A stretch of 64,000 nucleotides of DNA from an uncultured Chitinophagaceae bacterium. GTDB taxonomy: Bacteria > Bacteroidota > Bacteroidia > Chitinophagales > Chitinophagaceae. The DNA is taken from assembly GCA_963706775.1 (NCBI GenBank), contig CAVPNF010000013.1, positions 7,235 to 71,234 on the forward strand, given 5' to 3'. Positions 1 through 10,501 of the stretch are shown here, piece by piece; within the stretch, counting starts at the first letter, position 1; the number at the start of each line of letters is the position of its first letter. A program made the position numbers and the translations under genes. The notes under the pieces are model-generated. The model made no database searches. It was not told where the DNA came from and saw only the letters and a list, made by a program, of their open reading frames with translations.

Positions 1-88
1 GTTACTTACGCGCGCGCCAATAGTGCCACCAAGCCAAAAAGTAAAAACTTATAAAAAAGTCATCTTTCAAAACCCAAAAACATAAAAC

Positions 89-442
89 ATGAAACAAGTT
101 ATTTTATCGATTTTCCTTATTCTTGCTGCGCATGCAGGATTTTCACAATTGCAAGGCTCTATCGCGCTTGCCGCGAATGCAAAAGATGCAGATGGAACAA
201 TTACATCAGTTAAATGGGAAGTTATTTCCGGACCGACAGGCTGGAAGTTTTCAAACCCTGCGACAGATGCCACAGTGTTCACCGTAACGTAGCCTGGAGA
301 TTATGTCTTAAAAATCAGTGCAACTGATAATGAAGGGGGAACAGTAAGCACTACGAAGAAAATTAAAGGCGTGGCTAATATCCTGCCAACTCTGGATGCC
401 GGAGTTGATCAGACTATCAGACTCAGTGAAATCAAGAACTGA
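89..442 (+). pseudogene. Small secreted PKD-like domain protein interrupted by an in-frame TAG at 290-292
   Basis: Signal-peptide-like N-terminus and DADGTITSVKW-type PKD motif. The same frame continues after TAG as PGDYVLKISATDNEGG...LDAGVDQTI to TGA at 440-442. Confidence 0.6.
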
Positions 443-576
443 TGAAGACAATCCTGAAGTGTTAAAAATGTAAGGTTTGGTTTTAAATTTTAGGACGTTT
501 GGATTTCGCGATTATAGATAATATTTTATTCACACCTCATAAAATTTTAATTCTCAAAATAAATTTTTACAAAATA

Positions 577-622
577 TTTGGAGAAACTAAATAAATTAGT
601 ATTTTTGTTCTAAATAAATTAG
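577..622 (+). promoter_or_regulatory. Bacteroidota sigma70 promoter flanked by two CTAA-N5-TTAG operators
   Basis: TTTG 577-580, TATTTTTG 600-607 (19-nt spacing), and CTAAATAAATTAG at 587-599 and 610-622, just upstream of the repressor ATG at 629. Confidence 0.72.
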
Positions 623-628
623 TTTCAT

Positions 629-1384
629 ATGTCGACAGCAGGACAAAACTTGAAATACCTTCGAAAACTCAGGGGATGGACGCAGGAAGAGTTTGCATCC
701 AAATTGGGAATTAAAAGATCCCTTATCGGTGCTTATGAGGAAGAACGCGCGGACCCAAGATTAGAAGTACTTGAGATCGTGAGCGAAATATTTAAGGTCA
801 CCCTGGATGAGCTTTTGTTGAAAGACATCAGCGAAACCAGCGGTCCAAGCTATCTTGCTAAACGCAGGCAAATGAAGATGATGACCGCCGATAGAAATAT
901 TATTCATTTTGTACCGGTTAAAGCTGCAGCAGGTTATCTCGCCGGGTATGCCGATAGTGAATTCATTGATGAGCTAAACACCTTTACGCTTCCCATGCTT
1001 ACCGGCGGCAGCTATCGTGCATTCGAAATTATAGGAGACAGCATGATGCCTACACCCAGCGGAAGCATTATTGTCGGAGAGAAAGTAGAGAGTATTGATA
1101 ATATAAAAAACAATGCTGCCTACATTGTAGTGAGCAATAGTGAAGGCATTGTATATAAACGCGTAGTAAAAAATAATAAGAATAAAAATAAATTAACCCT
1201 TGTAAGCGACAATCCCGCATTTCAGCCGTACCAGGTGCAAGCGGCTGACGTGCTGGAAGTTTGGCAGGCACAGGCCGTCATTAACAAAGTAACACAACAG
1301 CAACGCTGGGACGTTGATTCATTGGTTAACCTGGTAAGCAGTCTCCAGGACCAGGTGACATCATTGAAAAAGAAAATGAATTAA
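629..1384 (+). CDS. XRE HTH + S24 peptidase repressor (Bacteroidota LexA-like)
   Basis: N-terminal HTH (LKYLRKLRGWTQEEFA), AAAG cleavage-type motif, GDSM serine and VYKR lysine of S24. Confidence 0.9.
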   Translation: MSTAGQNLKYLRKLRGWTQEEFASKLGIKRSLIGAYEEERADPRLEVLEIVSEIFKVTLDELLLKDISETSGPSYLAKRRQMKMMTADRNIIHFVPVKAAAGYLAGYADSEFIDELNTFTLPMLTGGSYRAFEIIGDSMMPTPSGSIIVGEKVESIDNIKNNAAYIVVSNSEGIVYKRVVKNNKNKNKLTLVSDNPAFQPYQVQAADVLEVWQAQAVINKVTQQQRWDVDSLVNLVSSLQDQVTSLKKKMN

Positions 1385-1483
1385 AAAGGTATTATGTTTG
1401 TAATCAATCATTAGATTTCGCTTCGTTCTTACCATTAGAACGCGGCCGTTCAGATACATCAATCACAAATTAAAAACACAGTT

Positions 1484-1921
1484 ATGGTCAAATTACAAAT
1501 CATCGGGCATCTTGGCAAAGACTGCATCGTAAAAGAAGTAAACGGAAAAAATGTTATCAATTTTAGCGTCGCTCATTCAGAGAAATTTAAAGATGCTTCG
1601 GGAACTCCAAGGGAAAGGACTACCTGGGTAGAATGCGCGTTTTGGACAGACAGGACCGCCATTGCTCCCTATCTTCTGAAAGGACAATTGGTGTTTGCAG
1701 AAGGAACGCCTGAGGCTGACGGATATCTTAACAAAGAAAATCAACCATCTGCAACTTTACGCATGAGAGTCAGGGATATACAGCTTTTGGGAGGCCGTGC
1801 TGAAGGTGGCAATCCTTCGAATAGCAACCCTGCCAGCTATGCAACAGCACCTAAAAACAATAATGTAAATGCACCTGCATCTTCCCAAATGGAAGAGCCG
1901 GCTGATGATTTACCTTTCTAA
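1484..1921 (+). CDS. ssb: Single-stranded DNA-binding protein
   Basis: IGHLGKD start, OB-fold pattern, acidic C-terminal DDLPF. Confidence 0.95.
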   Translation: MVKLQIIGHLGKDCIVKEVNGKNVINFSVAHSEKFKDASGTPRERTTWVECAFWTDRTAIAPYLLKGQLVFAEGTPEADGYLNKENQPSATLRMRVRDIQLLGGRAEGGNPSNSNPASYATAPKNNNVNAPASSQMEEPADDLPF

Positions 1922-1946
1922 ATAAATTATGGGTTTGTACTGGTAT

Positions 1947-1974
1947 AAGCGGCTTAATGTTAGGCCGCTTTTTT
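1947..1974 (+). terminator. Intrinsic terminator after ssb
   Basis: AAGCGGCTTA-ATGT-TAGGCCGCTT hairpin followed by a T-run. Confidence 0.72.
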
Positions 1975-2025
1975 AATCTTCCATTTGAGTACTTTTATTT
2001 GAAAGCGAAAAAAGTCATTTCTAGA

Positions 2026-2057
2026 AAAATGTCCGGCAAAGATTTGCCGGACATTTT
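2026..2057 (-). terminator. Bidirectional-type terminator after dps
   Basis: Perfect 15-bp inverted repeat AAAATGTCCGGCAAA-GA-TTTGCCGGACATTTT. Confidence 0.75.
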
Positions 2058-2071
2058 ATCTATCAAACATA

Positions 2072-2578
2072 TTATTTTTGGGGAACGCTCGCTCGAAGCA
2101 TCCAGGCCATTTTTTCATGCTCTTTCATGATGCCGGTGATGAAATCAGAACTTCCCGCATCATCGTATTTCGAATCAAAATCATCAATCAAAGTCCTGGT
2201 GTCTCTGATGATCGTTTCATGATCGTCAACCAGTTCAGCGATCATTGATTCGGTAATAACAGTCGTATCCGTATGTTCCTTCAGAGTTGTGTCAGAAAGA
2301 AATTGCTTCATGCTTCCATTAGCAAAATGACCCACTTTCCTGATTCGTTCTGCAACGGAATCGATGATCTCCTGGAGCTGATGATATTGCTCGTCCAAAA
2401 ACAAATGCAGGGCATGAAAATCGCGCCCCTCAATGTTCCAGTGAAATTTTAATGTTTTCGTATACAATACAAATTCATTTGCCAGCACTTTGTTCAGCGC
2501 ATCGGCCACTTTTTTACTATTGTTTGTAGATATCCCGGTATTCAAACTATCCTGTGCGGATTTTACATTTTTTGCCAT
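2072..2578 (-). CDS. dps: Dps/ferritin-like DNA protection protein
   Basis: LYTKTLKFHWNIEG..F..LH..LDEQY, D..AERIR and HEKMAWML motifs. Confidence 0.93.
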   Translation of the reverse strand: MAKNVKSAQDSLNTGISTNNSKKVADALNKVLANEFVLYTKTLKFHWNIEGRDFHALHLFLDEQYHQLQEIIDSVAERIRKVGHFANGSMKQFLSDTTLKEHTDTTVITESMIAELVDDHETIIRDTRTLIDDFDSKYDDAGSSDFITGIMKEHEKMAWMLRASVPQK

Positions 2579-2676
2579 CGCCTTTTGTTTAATTGATTTT
2601 AATAAAGCAAATTTTTATTGCTCAAGAATGTTCATTTAAACACAATAGGAATGCCAGATTTCATCATAACATTTCA

Positions 2677-2702
2677 GGACATAAGCCAGAATGTAGATTT
2701 TG
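2677..2702 (-). repeat. Dispersed 26-bp motif copy 1
   Basis: Minus strand reads CAAAA TCTACA TTCTGGCTTAT GTCC. Confidence 0.7.
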
Positions 2703-2722
2703 AGGTTTTTATTAATTGCAAA

Positions 2723-3721
2723 TCATTTCTGTAAAACAGTTTCTATCTGATTCAATTCCTCTTTTGTAAAATCATAATTGGCAATTGCCTGAACGGCGTC
2801 GGTGACTTGCTTTGGCTTACTTGCTCCAAGAATCACAGAAGTGATCCGGTCATCTTTCAACACCCACGCCAGGGCCATTTGTGCCAGCGTTTGATTCCGG
2901 GTTTCAGCAATTGCGTTCAACTTCTTCACTTTTTCCAGAACTGCCTCTGTTATTTGCGACTCGGCAATTGCACCATTTTCGAGGTGACGTCCGACTCTTG
3001 AATCTTCGGGAATTCCATTTAAATATTTGTTAGTAAGAAGACCTTGAGCCAAAGAGGAAAAAGTAATACATCCGACGTTCTCTTTTTCAAGAAGGTCTAA
3101 TAATCCATCTTCGACCCAGCGATCGAGCATGGAATATCTCGGCTGATGGATCAGGCATGGCGTTCCTAAATTTTTCAATAAATCAATCGCCTTTTTTGCC
3201 TCTTCGGGCTTATAGCTCGAAATGCCCACGTACAATGCTTTTCCCTGGCGAACAATGAGATCCAACGCCGCCATTGTTTCTTCAAGATTGGTGTCAGGAT
3301 CCGGACGATGGTGATAGAAAATGTCAACATATTCCAATCCCATTCTTTGCAGGCTTTGATCAAGGCTCGCGACCAAATATTTCTTAGACCCAAAATCTCC
3401 ATAAGGGCCGTCCCACATTTTCCATCCGGCCTTTGATGAAATAATTAATTCATCCCGGTAAGATTTAAAATCTTCTTTAAAAATTTTCCCAAATGTTTCT
3501 TCAGCCGCTCCCGGCGGAGGCCCATAATTATTAGCCAAATCGAAATGCGTGATTCCATTGTCAAAAGCGGTGTGTAAGATATTCCTGCAATTTTCGAGGT
3601 CATCAATCTTTCCGAAATTGTGCCAAAGCCCCAGCGAAATCATCGGCAATTTTAAACCGCTATTTCCGCAGCGCCGGTACGTCATTTTATCGTACCTGTT
3701 CTTATCAGCATTATAGCCCAT
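2723..3721 (-). CDS. mgrA: Aldo/keto reductase (L-glyceraldehyde-3-phosphate reductase family)
   Basis: SLGLWHNFG, FDLANNYGPPPG, ISSKAG and YVDIFYHHRPD motifs typical of MgrA/YghZ. Confidence 0.88.
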   Translation of the reverse strand: MGYNADKNRYDKMTYRRCGNSGLKLPMISLGLWHNFGKIDDLENCRNILHTAFDNGITHFDLANNYGPPPGAAEETFGKIFKEDFKSYRDELIISSKAGWKMWDGPYGDFGSKKYLVASLDQSLQRMGLEYVDIFYHHRPDPDTNLEETMAALDLIVRQGKALYVGISSYKPEEAKKAIDLLKNLGTPCLIHQPRYSMLDRWVEDGLLDLLEKENVGCITFSSLAQGLLTNKYLNGIPEDSRVGRHLENGAIAESQITEAVLEKVKKLNAIAETRNQTLAQMALAWVLKDDRITSVILGASKPKQVTDAVQAIANYDFTKEELNQIETVLQK

Positions 3722-3855
3722 AGTCTTTTGAATTAAATGTGTTGATATTTTAAAGTGATCAGGCTAATATAATAATTCTTTGACTTTGCTGAAGCAACAT
3801 TTTCAAAATCCGCAACCAGCCGGTGATACAAAGGATGTAGCGAAAGAGCAAAATC

Positions 3856-3881
3856 CAAAAATCTATAAAATGGCTTTTCAG
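3856..3881 (+). repeat. Dispersed 26-bp motif copy 2
   Basis: CAAAAA TCTATA AAATGGCTTTT CAG. Confidence 0.6.
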
Positions 3882-3938
3882 AAAATAAATAATTCTGATT
3901 TATCCTTTTAAGTAACTTTCAGTTTCAATCATATCAAG

Positions 3939-5240
3939 ATGGCCCAGGAAGGAAAGCCTAAGGTAAGGCGAAAAAAAATTTTGAAATTTCTTTCCGTTCT
4001 CGGGCCAGGCCTGACGACAGGTGCTGCGGACGACGATCCCTCAGGTATTGCCACCTATTCGCAAACAGGCGCTCAATTTGGTTACGGGCAATTATGGACC
4101 GCCCTATACATGTTGCCTTTTATGATGGGCGTTCAGGAGGCCTGCGCACGAACGGGCATGGTGACGGGAAAAGGGATCGCCGCGATCGTGAAGGAACATT
4201 ATAATTCAAAAGTTTTATATGCCGTTGTGACATTAGTTGTCATCGCAAACGTCATCAACATTGGCGCTGATATCGGTGCAATGGCATCGGCAGCAGCTTT
4301 AATTATTCCCTTGCCCTTTGTGGTGTGGACTTTGCTTTTTACGGCATCTATATTGATTCTCGAAATATTTACTACCTACAAAGTTTATTCGAAAATTTTA
4401 AAATGGCTGGCACTTTCGCTTCTCGCCTACCCGATCACCGTGTTTATTGTACAAATGCCATGGCTCACTGTTCTTAAGGCTACTTTCATTCCCCACATTG
4501 AATTTAGCTTCGCGTTTTTTTTCATTATCACAGGGGTTTTAGGAACTACCATTTCGCCTTATATGTTTTTCTGGGAGACTTCGCAGGAAGTTGAAGAAGT
4601 GAAAGAAAAAAACTGGATCCGGAACGGCGTGCCTGAGATCCGGCCGGCAAATATTCGTTTTATGCGATTTGATAACAATGTGGGAATGATCATTTCTGAG
4701 ATCACCACCTGGAGCATTCTCGTCGTTGCCGGAACCGTGTTACATAACAGCGGCGTGACGGATATCAAAACGGCAGCGGATGCGGCGAGGGCAATTGAGC
4801 CACTTGTTCATTCATTTCCGCATGCGGGCTATCTTTCAAAATTGATTTTCGCAATAGGAATTATCGGCCTTGGATTTTTAGCAGTCCCTGTGCTTTCCGG
4901 TTCTGCAGCTTATGCCGTGTCCGAAGCAGCGAACTGGAAATCCGGCCTGAATTTAAAATTGAATAAAGCCCATGGCTTTTATGGAGTTATTACTATCGCT
5001 ACGATCATCGGGCTGATCATCAATTTTGTGGGAATTGATCCTGTAAAGGCTTTGGTATATGCTGCGGTACTTAACGGTGTCGCCGCGGTGCCCTTGATTT
5101 TCCTGATCATCAAAATTTCCGGCAACGAAAAAATATTGGGAAAATATAAAAGTGGCTTGCTTTCTAAAACTATTTTGTGGATCACTTTTATAGGAATGGG
5201 CGCTGCGGCAATCGCTATGTTTTATTTGCTGGTAAAATAG
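3939..5240 (+). CDS. NRAMP-family divalent metal transporter
   Basis: GPGL..GAADDDPSGIATYSQTGAQFG, LGTTISPY, about 11 hydrophobic segments. Confidence 0.88.
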   Translation: MAQEGKPKVRRKKILKFLSVLGPGLTTGAADDDPSGIATYSQTGAQFGYGQLWTALYMLPFMMGVQEACARTGMVTGKGIAAIVKEHYNSKVLYAVVTLVVIANVINIGADIGAMASAAALIIPLPFVVWTLLFTASILILEIFTTYKVYSKILKWLALSLLAYPITVFIVQMPWLTVLKATFIPHIEFSFAFFFIITGVLGTTISPYMFFWETSQEVEEVKEKNWIRNGVPEIRPANIRFMRFDNNVGMIISEITTWSILVVAGTVLHNSGVTDIKTAADAARAIEPLVHSFPHAGYLSKLIFAIGIIGLGFLAVPVLSGSAAYAVSEAANWKSGLNLKLNKAHGFYGVITIATIIGLIINFVGIDPVKALVYAAVLNGVAAVPLIFLIIKISGNEKILGKYKSGLLSKTILWITFIGMGAAAIAMFYLLVK

Positions 5241-5268
5241 AGGCGGATTCCAAAGGAGGAAAATTGTC

Positions 5269-6015
5269 CTATAATTTTCTTGCAGAACGAAGAGAAGATG
5301 TTATCTCAATCATTTCTTTTGCATTTTTAATTGCTGAACCATCAATGTCATTATTAAAATAGACAAACGCATTTTTTATTTTGGTTGATGATTTGATAGT
5401 TTTTACCAATTTTTTCAAATCTGTAGTCGAATAGGGCGACTGATATAATGCCGGTACTCCGTGCATCCTGTAATAAAACAGCGAAGTATTTTCAATTATT
5501 TTATCCGGTAACAAGGGATGGCTCATACCTGAAAAACTAATTTTATTTTTTCCAAGCTTTTTATACACTTCTTCATTCCACCAACTCATGTGCCTGAACT
5601 CGACCACGTTTGGAAACGCGGGATCAAGGGAATTTATAATTCTGTCAAGCTTTTCCTCTGTATAACTAAAGCGTGGCGGAAACTGGAATAAAACACAACC
5701 GGTTTTTTCTTTCAGGCCCATCTCAACAGTGCCATAAAAATCGGATAACAATTGTTCACAATCATTCATCTTTTTATAGTGCGTAATTAATCTAGGGGCT
5801 TTTACAGAAAATAAAAAGTCCGGCGCGCTTCTCTGGTACCAGCTTTCCAGCATAGGCACTTTAGGAAATCGATAGAAAGTTACATTTAATTCGAGCGTAT
5901 TGAAATGTTCAGAATAAAATTCGAACCACAATCTTTGGGGAACTGTTTTTGGGTAAAATATTTCTTTCCAGTGTTTATAATGAAAACCTGAACATCCAAT
6001 GTGCCATTGCATCAT
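5269..6015 (-). CDS. DUF72 family protein
   Basis: IGCSGFHY, ELNVTFYRFP, FSVKAP, LFQFPP, EFRH.SW and YFNND motifs. Confidence 0.9.
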   Translation of the reverse strand: MMQWHIGCSGFHYKHWKEIFYPKTVPQRLWFEFYSEHFNTLELNVTFYRFPKVPMLESWYQRSAPDFLFSVKAPRLITHYKKMNDCEQLLSDFYGTVEMGLKEKTGCVLFQFPPRFSYTEEKLDRIINSLDPAFPNVVEFRHMSWWNEEVYKKLGKNKISFSGMSHPLLPDKIIENTSLFYYRMHGVPALYQSPYSTTDLKKLVKTIKSSTKIKNAFVYFNNDIDGSAIKNAKEMIEITSSLRSARKL

Positions 6016-6077
6016 GTTATATCAGAGAAAGATGAATAATTTTTAAAATTATCAAATAACATGCCTGCGAAAAAGTT

Positions 6078-6101
6078 GTGATAAGCCAAAACATAGAAAA
6101 T
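6078..6101 (-). repeat. Dispersed 26-bp motif copy 3
   Basis: Minus strand reads ATTT TCTATG TTTTGGCTTAT CAC. Confidence 0.65.
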
Positions 6102-6127
6102 CCCTATTCCAAAAAATCAATCCGCAA

Positions 6128-8195
6128 TCAATAATTTAATAATTTATCGATCACCGCTCCCACTTTCTCTGCATTTGGCAGCATTGCATTTTCCAAAACA
6201 ATATTCATCGGCACTGCGGGAAGATTTAATGCGCCGAGAACTTCCACGGGCCCGTCCAAAAATTGAAAGCACTCCTTTGAAATCCTTCCTGAAAGCGCTT
6301 CTGCAAACGAATTGTTTTGTTGCTCTTCCGTGAGCACCAAACATTTTCCATGTTTTTTTACTGTTGAAAAAATCAATTCTTCATCTAGTGGGAAACAGGG
6401 TTCTGAGATCGATAATTTCTATTCGGCCCCGAAAATTCTTTGCAGATGCTTTTGCCCAATAAACACCCATTCCATAAGTGATAATGCAGCAGGTTTCACC
6501 ATTTTTTATCTTATCATCATCCGCTTCTAAAACAATATTTCCTTTGCCTAACGGTAATGCGTAATCGAAATCTGGCTCAACGGTTTTGGCATCTTCCGTA
6601 CCCGGGACTTTACTCCAGTATAGCCCTTTGTGTTCCAGCATGATAACAGGATTAGGATCAAGAAAAGCAGCTTTCATCAATCCTTTCATGTCGGCAGCGT
6701 TAGATGGATAGACGATCTTAATTCCTTTAATAGATAGCAATAAGGTTTCGACACATCCGCTATGATAAGGTCCGCCGCCGCCATACGCGCCGATTGGAAC
6801 CCGAATCACGGTTTGAACAGGAAATTTGCCGCAGCTCAGGTAACAGCTTTTGGCAATCTCCGTTGCCAGCTGGTTAAGCCCGGGGTAAATATAATCGGCA
6901 AACTGAACTTCCACAATTGGCTTCACCCCCGTGGCGCACATTCCCGCTGTAGATCCGATAATATAAGCCTCCTGGATAGCTGTATTAAAAACCCGGTGTT
7001 CGCCAAATTGTTCACCCAAGGTGGCTGTTTCCCTGAAAACGCCGCCGAGCCTGCGTCCTACGTCCTGCCCATATAAAATGGCCTCGGGAAATTCTTCCAT
7101 TATTTCACGAATGGCAAACAAAGCCGCATCGACCATCACTATTTTTTCCTTCCCGGCAGGGCTCCTGTTTCCCTTTTCTTCTTTAACTGACGCAGGAGCA
7201 AAAATATGTTCTTCCACTGTTGAAGGATCTGGCTCAGGAGCAGATTTGGCACTTTCAAATTGCCTGGTAACGGCATCAAACACGATTGCTTCAATTTCAT
7301 TTAAATCATTTTCTTTGATACCAAAATGAATAAGGCGTTTTTTTAATTTAGGCAGCGGATCGTCCACGGCGGATTTTGTCAATTCTTCTTCAGAACGATA
7401 AAATTCTTTTCTGACCCCGCTGGTATGATGCCCAAGCAAAGGCACTTTTGCATGGACTAAAAATGGCCCGCTATTTTCGCGGACCTGCCCGATTACACTT
7501 TGCATCACGTCATAGCTTTGAAAGAAATCGCTGCCATCGATACTGATCCGCTTCATGCCTTTAAATCCTGATGCGAATTCCGCAGCATTCATCGTACGTG
7601 CCTCCGATGATGTGACACTAATGCCCCAATTGTTATCCTGTACAAGGTAAATAATGGGAAGTTTTTTTAATACCGCAACCTGTAAAGCTTCGCTCACCTC
7701 TCCTTCTGTGAGACTTGCATCACCCAGCGAACAGACGACGATCGGTGTTTCACCATTTATACCCCTTTTAAATAAATCAGAATTGATGGTTGCTAAATAT
7801 TGTAGTCCCTGCGCAACGCCGGTTGCAGGTATAGCCTGCATGCCTGTAGCGCTGCTTTGATGAATAATCGTTGGCTTATCATCGCCCCGGAAATTGGGAT
7901 GAGAATAATATTCCCTGCCGCCAGTAAAAATATCATCTGCTTTTGCGAGCAATTGCAACATCAAGGTATAAGGCGTAAATCCGAGACCCAGCAAAAGGCT
8001 TTCATCTCTATAATATGGGCTTACATAATCGCAAGGCAATAAATGAAAAGCCGTCGCCAATTGAATCGCTTCATGTCCACGGGATGTAGAATGCACATAT
8101 TTGCAAACACTTCGGTTCGCTTCATAAGTCTGCGCCATTGCGCCCGCAGTGCACATGAGACGATAAGCGTTCAGAAGAATTTCTTTATCTATCAT
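6128..8195 (-). CDS. Fused 2-oxoacid dehydrogenase E1 alpha/beta, with one +1 frameshift near 6391
   Basis: TPP motif GDA..EG...LQDN, GQDV, IQE, EVQFADY. Removing one C from TTTCCCACTA restores DLRTLFPLDEELIFSTVKKHG and joins ORFs 6381-8195 and 6128-6376. Confidence 0.9.
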
Positions 8196-8462
8196 AATAA
8201 TAGTTCGGCTATTAGCGTATCATTTCCGGGAATGGCGTAATTATTTTTCTAAAGCGCTAAACTTTTTAATTAATGTTTTTAACTTTTATTCCGTTCTTAT
8301 TATATTCAAAAACAAACAAGTTAGAACCAAAAAAAGTACCGTAAAGACATAAAGTACATGAAGACAAAATTCGGTGTTTAATTCTTTCACAGTAAAAACA
8401 TTCGCGTTTATCGCAAAGCTTCAAAAGACTAACCATTCCGAGGTGGTTGTATAGGACCAATT

Positions 8463-8489
8463 CAAAAATCTACATTTTGACTTCCCAGG
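8463..8489 (+). repeat. Dispersed 26-bp motif copy 4
   Basis: CAAAAA TCTACA TTTTGACTTCC CAGG. Confidence 0.65.
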
Positions 8490-8507
8490 TTTAACTGTAT
8501 ATCTTCT

Positions 8508-9614
8508 TTAATTAAAATAACTCAAATTCGTCTTAGGACTGAGCGCCAGAACGCTCTCATAAATAAGCCTGATGGTATTTTCAACGTCACTCTTATGCAA
8601 CATTTCAACCGTCGTATGCATGTAGCGCAAGGGAATTGAAATTAATGCTGAAGGACAACCATCATTTGCGTAAGCGAAAGAATCGGTATCAGTGCCGGTG
8701 CTTCGGCTGACAGCAGCCAATTGAAACGGAATATTATTTTTTGTTGCGGTGTCTTGTATCAATGAAAGCAATTTGTTATGCACCGCCGGGCCGTATGTCA
8801 GTGAAGGCCCTTTTCCGCAAGAAACATCGCCATGAATATTTTTGTTGATCATCGGCGTTGTTGAATCATGCGTGACATCTGTAATGATGGCGACGTCAGG
8901 CTTAATTCTTCTCGCGATCATTTCCGCACCACGTAAACCAATTTCTTCCTGAACCGCATTTACAACATACAAACCATAAGGAATTGTTTTCTTATTTTCC
9001 CTGAGCAGCCTTGCTACTTCAGCGATCATAAATCCTCCAATCCGATTGTCAAATGCACGTCCGATAAGATTGTCATAGGCTATTTCATCAAACCCTTCTG
9101 TATAAGTAACTACGGCACCTACATGAATTCCCAAATCATCGGTTTCTTTTTTATTCCTGGCGCCGCAATCCAAAAAAAGATTTTCAACCTTTGGATTTTG
9201 TTCTTTTTCATCATTGCCATGCCTCGTATGAATCGCCGGCCATCCGAAGACTGCTTTCACCGGACCTTTCCTCCCATGGATAATTACCCGCTGCGAAGGT
9301 GCAATCTGGTGATCAACGCCGCCGTTTCTTTTCAGGTAAATCAGCCCCTCAGGATTGATATAATTTACAAACCAGCTTATTTCATCTGCATGCGCTTCTA
9401 TCACTACTTTGAACGGCTTATCAGGATTGATAACACCAACAGCCGTACCATAAGGATCGGTAAAGGTGGTGTCCACATAATTTTTTATATAATTAAGCCA
9501 AACTTTTTGTCCTGCGGATTCTGAGCCCACAGGCGATGCTGTATTCATATAAGTTCGTAAAAATTCAAATGATTTATCACTGATACTAAAAGGTGATTTT
9601 TTACTTTTTGCCAT
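8508..9614 (-). CDS. M42 family metallo-aminopeptidase
   Basis: AHADEI, AFDNRIG, VQEEIGLRGA, D...D and RYMH motifs. Confidence 0.92.
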   Translation of the reverse strand: MAKSKKSPFSISDKSFEFLRTYMNTASPVGSESAGQKVWLNYIKNYVDTTFTDPYGTAVGVINPDKPFKVVIEAHADEISWFVNYINPEGLIYLKRNGGVDHQIAPSQRVIIHGRKGPVKAVFGWPAIHTRHGNDEKEQNPKVENLFLDCGARNKKETDDLGIHVGAVVTYTEGFDEIAYDNLIGRAFDNRIGGFMIAEVARLLRENKKTIPYGLYVVNAVQEEIGLRGAEMIARRIKPDVAIITDVTHDSTTPMINKNIHGDVSCGKGPSLTYGPAVHNKLLSLIQDTATKNNIPFQLAAVSRSTGTDTDSFAYANDGCPSALISIPLRYMHTTVEMLHKSDVENTIRLIYESVLALSPKTNLSYFN

Positions 9615-9649
9615 AGCGCTTTAGTTATAATTTATGTGTGATTGCAAAT

Positions 9650-10498
9650 TTAAAGGTTTAAACTGAATAGGTAAATGAGCATCGCCTGCACTAACATCAT
9701 TCCATCAATGCCGGCGAGGTACATGTAATCTGAGTTTGATTTTTTGGTTAATTCAATTGTTATCCATGTGGCCAGTGCTGAGACAAGCATGGCAATTAAA
9801 TAGCCTTTTTGTGGAAGATAATAATATTGTGCAACCGAGAAAACGACAAAGAGAAGAAGTGAAAAACAGGCAAGCAGGTAAGATTTTTTTTGACCAAGTT
9901 TTACGGCCAGCGTATTAATTTTTTCCTTACCGTCTATCTCAATGTCGCGCATATCAAACAGCAGGCAAAGCACAAACATGAAGATGAATCTTTTAACAAA
10001 TATCAGCCAAAAAAGCCCTGTATCAAATGGCATGCTGTTCACGGGAAACCATACCGTTACTACGGTCCATAAAAAAGTGATGGTTAATATCTTTAACGAT
10101 CCATAATCTTTGATCCGCTTTTTTTTACCGAAAGGAAGAAAAGGAAACGAATATAAAAATGAAATGCCTCCGAGGCAAAAGAGAATAATAAAATGCTTTA
10201 GGTGAAAAGTAAAGAAGCTAAATAGAATCAACACACTACCAACGATCAATAAAACAAAATGCAGGCTTTTGTTTCTTTGCGACCAGGCAAGGCGCTCAGA
10301 ATTTTCGACGGCAACTGTTTTCACCAGATAGTGCAAATTATACTGCGCCAAAGTAGCTCCAAAAACGAAGCAATAAAAACTGATTTGATTTAAAGGAAGC
10401 CCTAATAAAATGTTGGTTTCGATACAAAGAGCTACGGCGCAGGAAGCAATAAAAATACTGCTGAATAAAATAAAGTCCGGAAGCTTTTTGATCCACAC
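9650..10498 (-). CDS. UbiA prenyltransferase-like membrane protein
   Basis: Multi-TM protein with FDMRDIEID..E...TL aspartate-rich motif and DG near the C-terminus. Confidence 0.7.
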   Translation of the reverse strand: MWIKKLPDFILFSSIFIASCAVALCIETNILLGLPLNQISFYCFVFGATLAQYNLHYLVKTVAVENSERLAWSQRNKSLHFVLLIVGSVLILFSFFTFHLKHFIILFCLGGISFLYSFPFLPFGKKKRIKDYGSLKILTITFLWTVVTVWFPVNSMPFDTGLFWLIFVKRFIFMFVLCLLFDMRDIEIDGKEKINTLAVKLGQKKSYLLACFSLLLFVVFSVAQYYYLPQKGYLIAMLVSALATWITIELTKKSNSDYMYLAGIDGMMLVQAMLIYLFSLNL

Positions 10499-10501
10499 AA
10501 T

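Noticed and set aside
290-292. Alternative genetic code (TAG reassignment)
   Set aside because: Only one in-frame TAG. TAG terminates several intact genes in the window.
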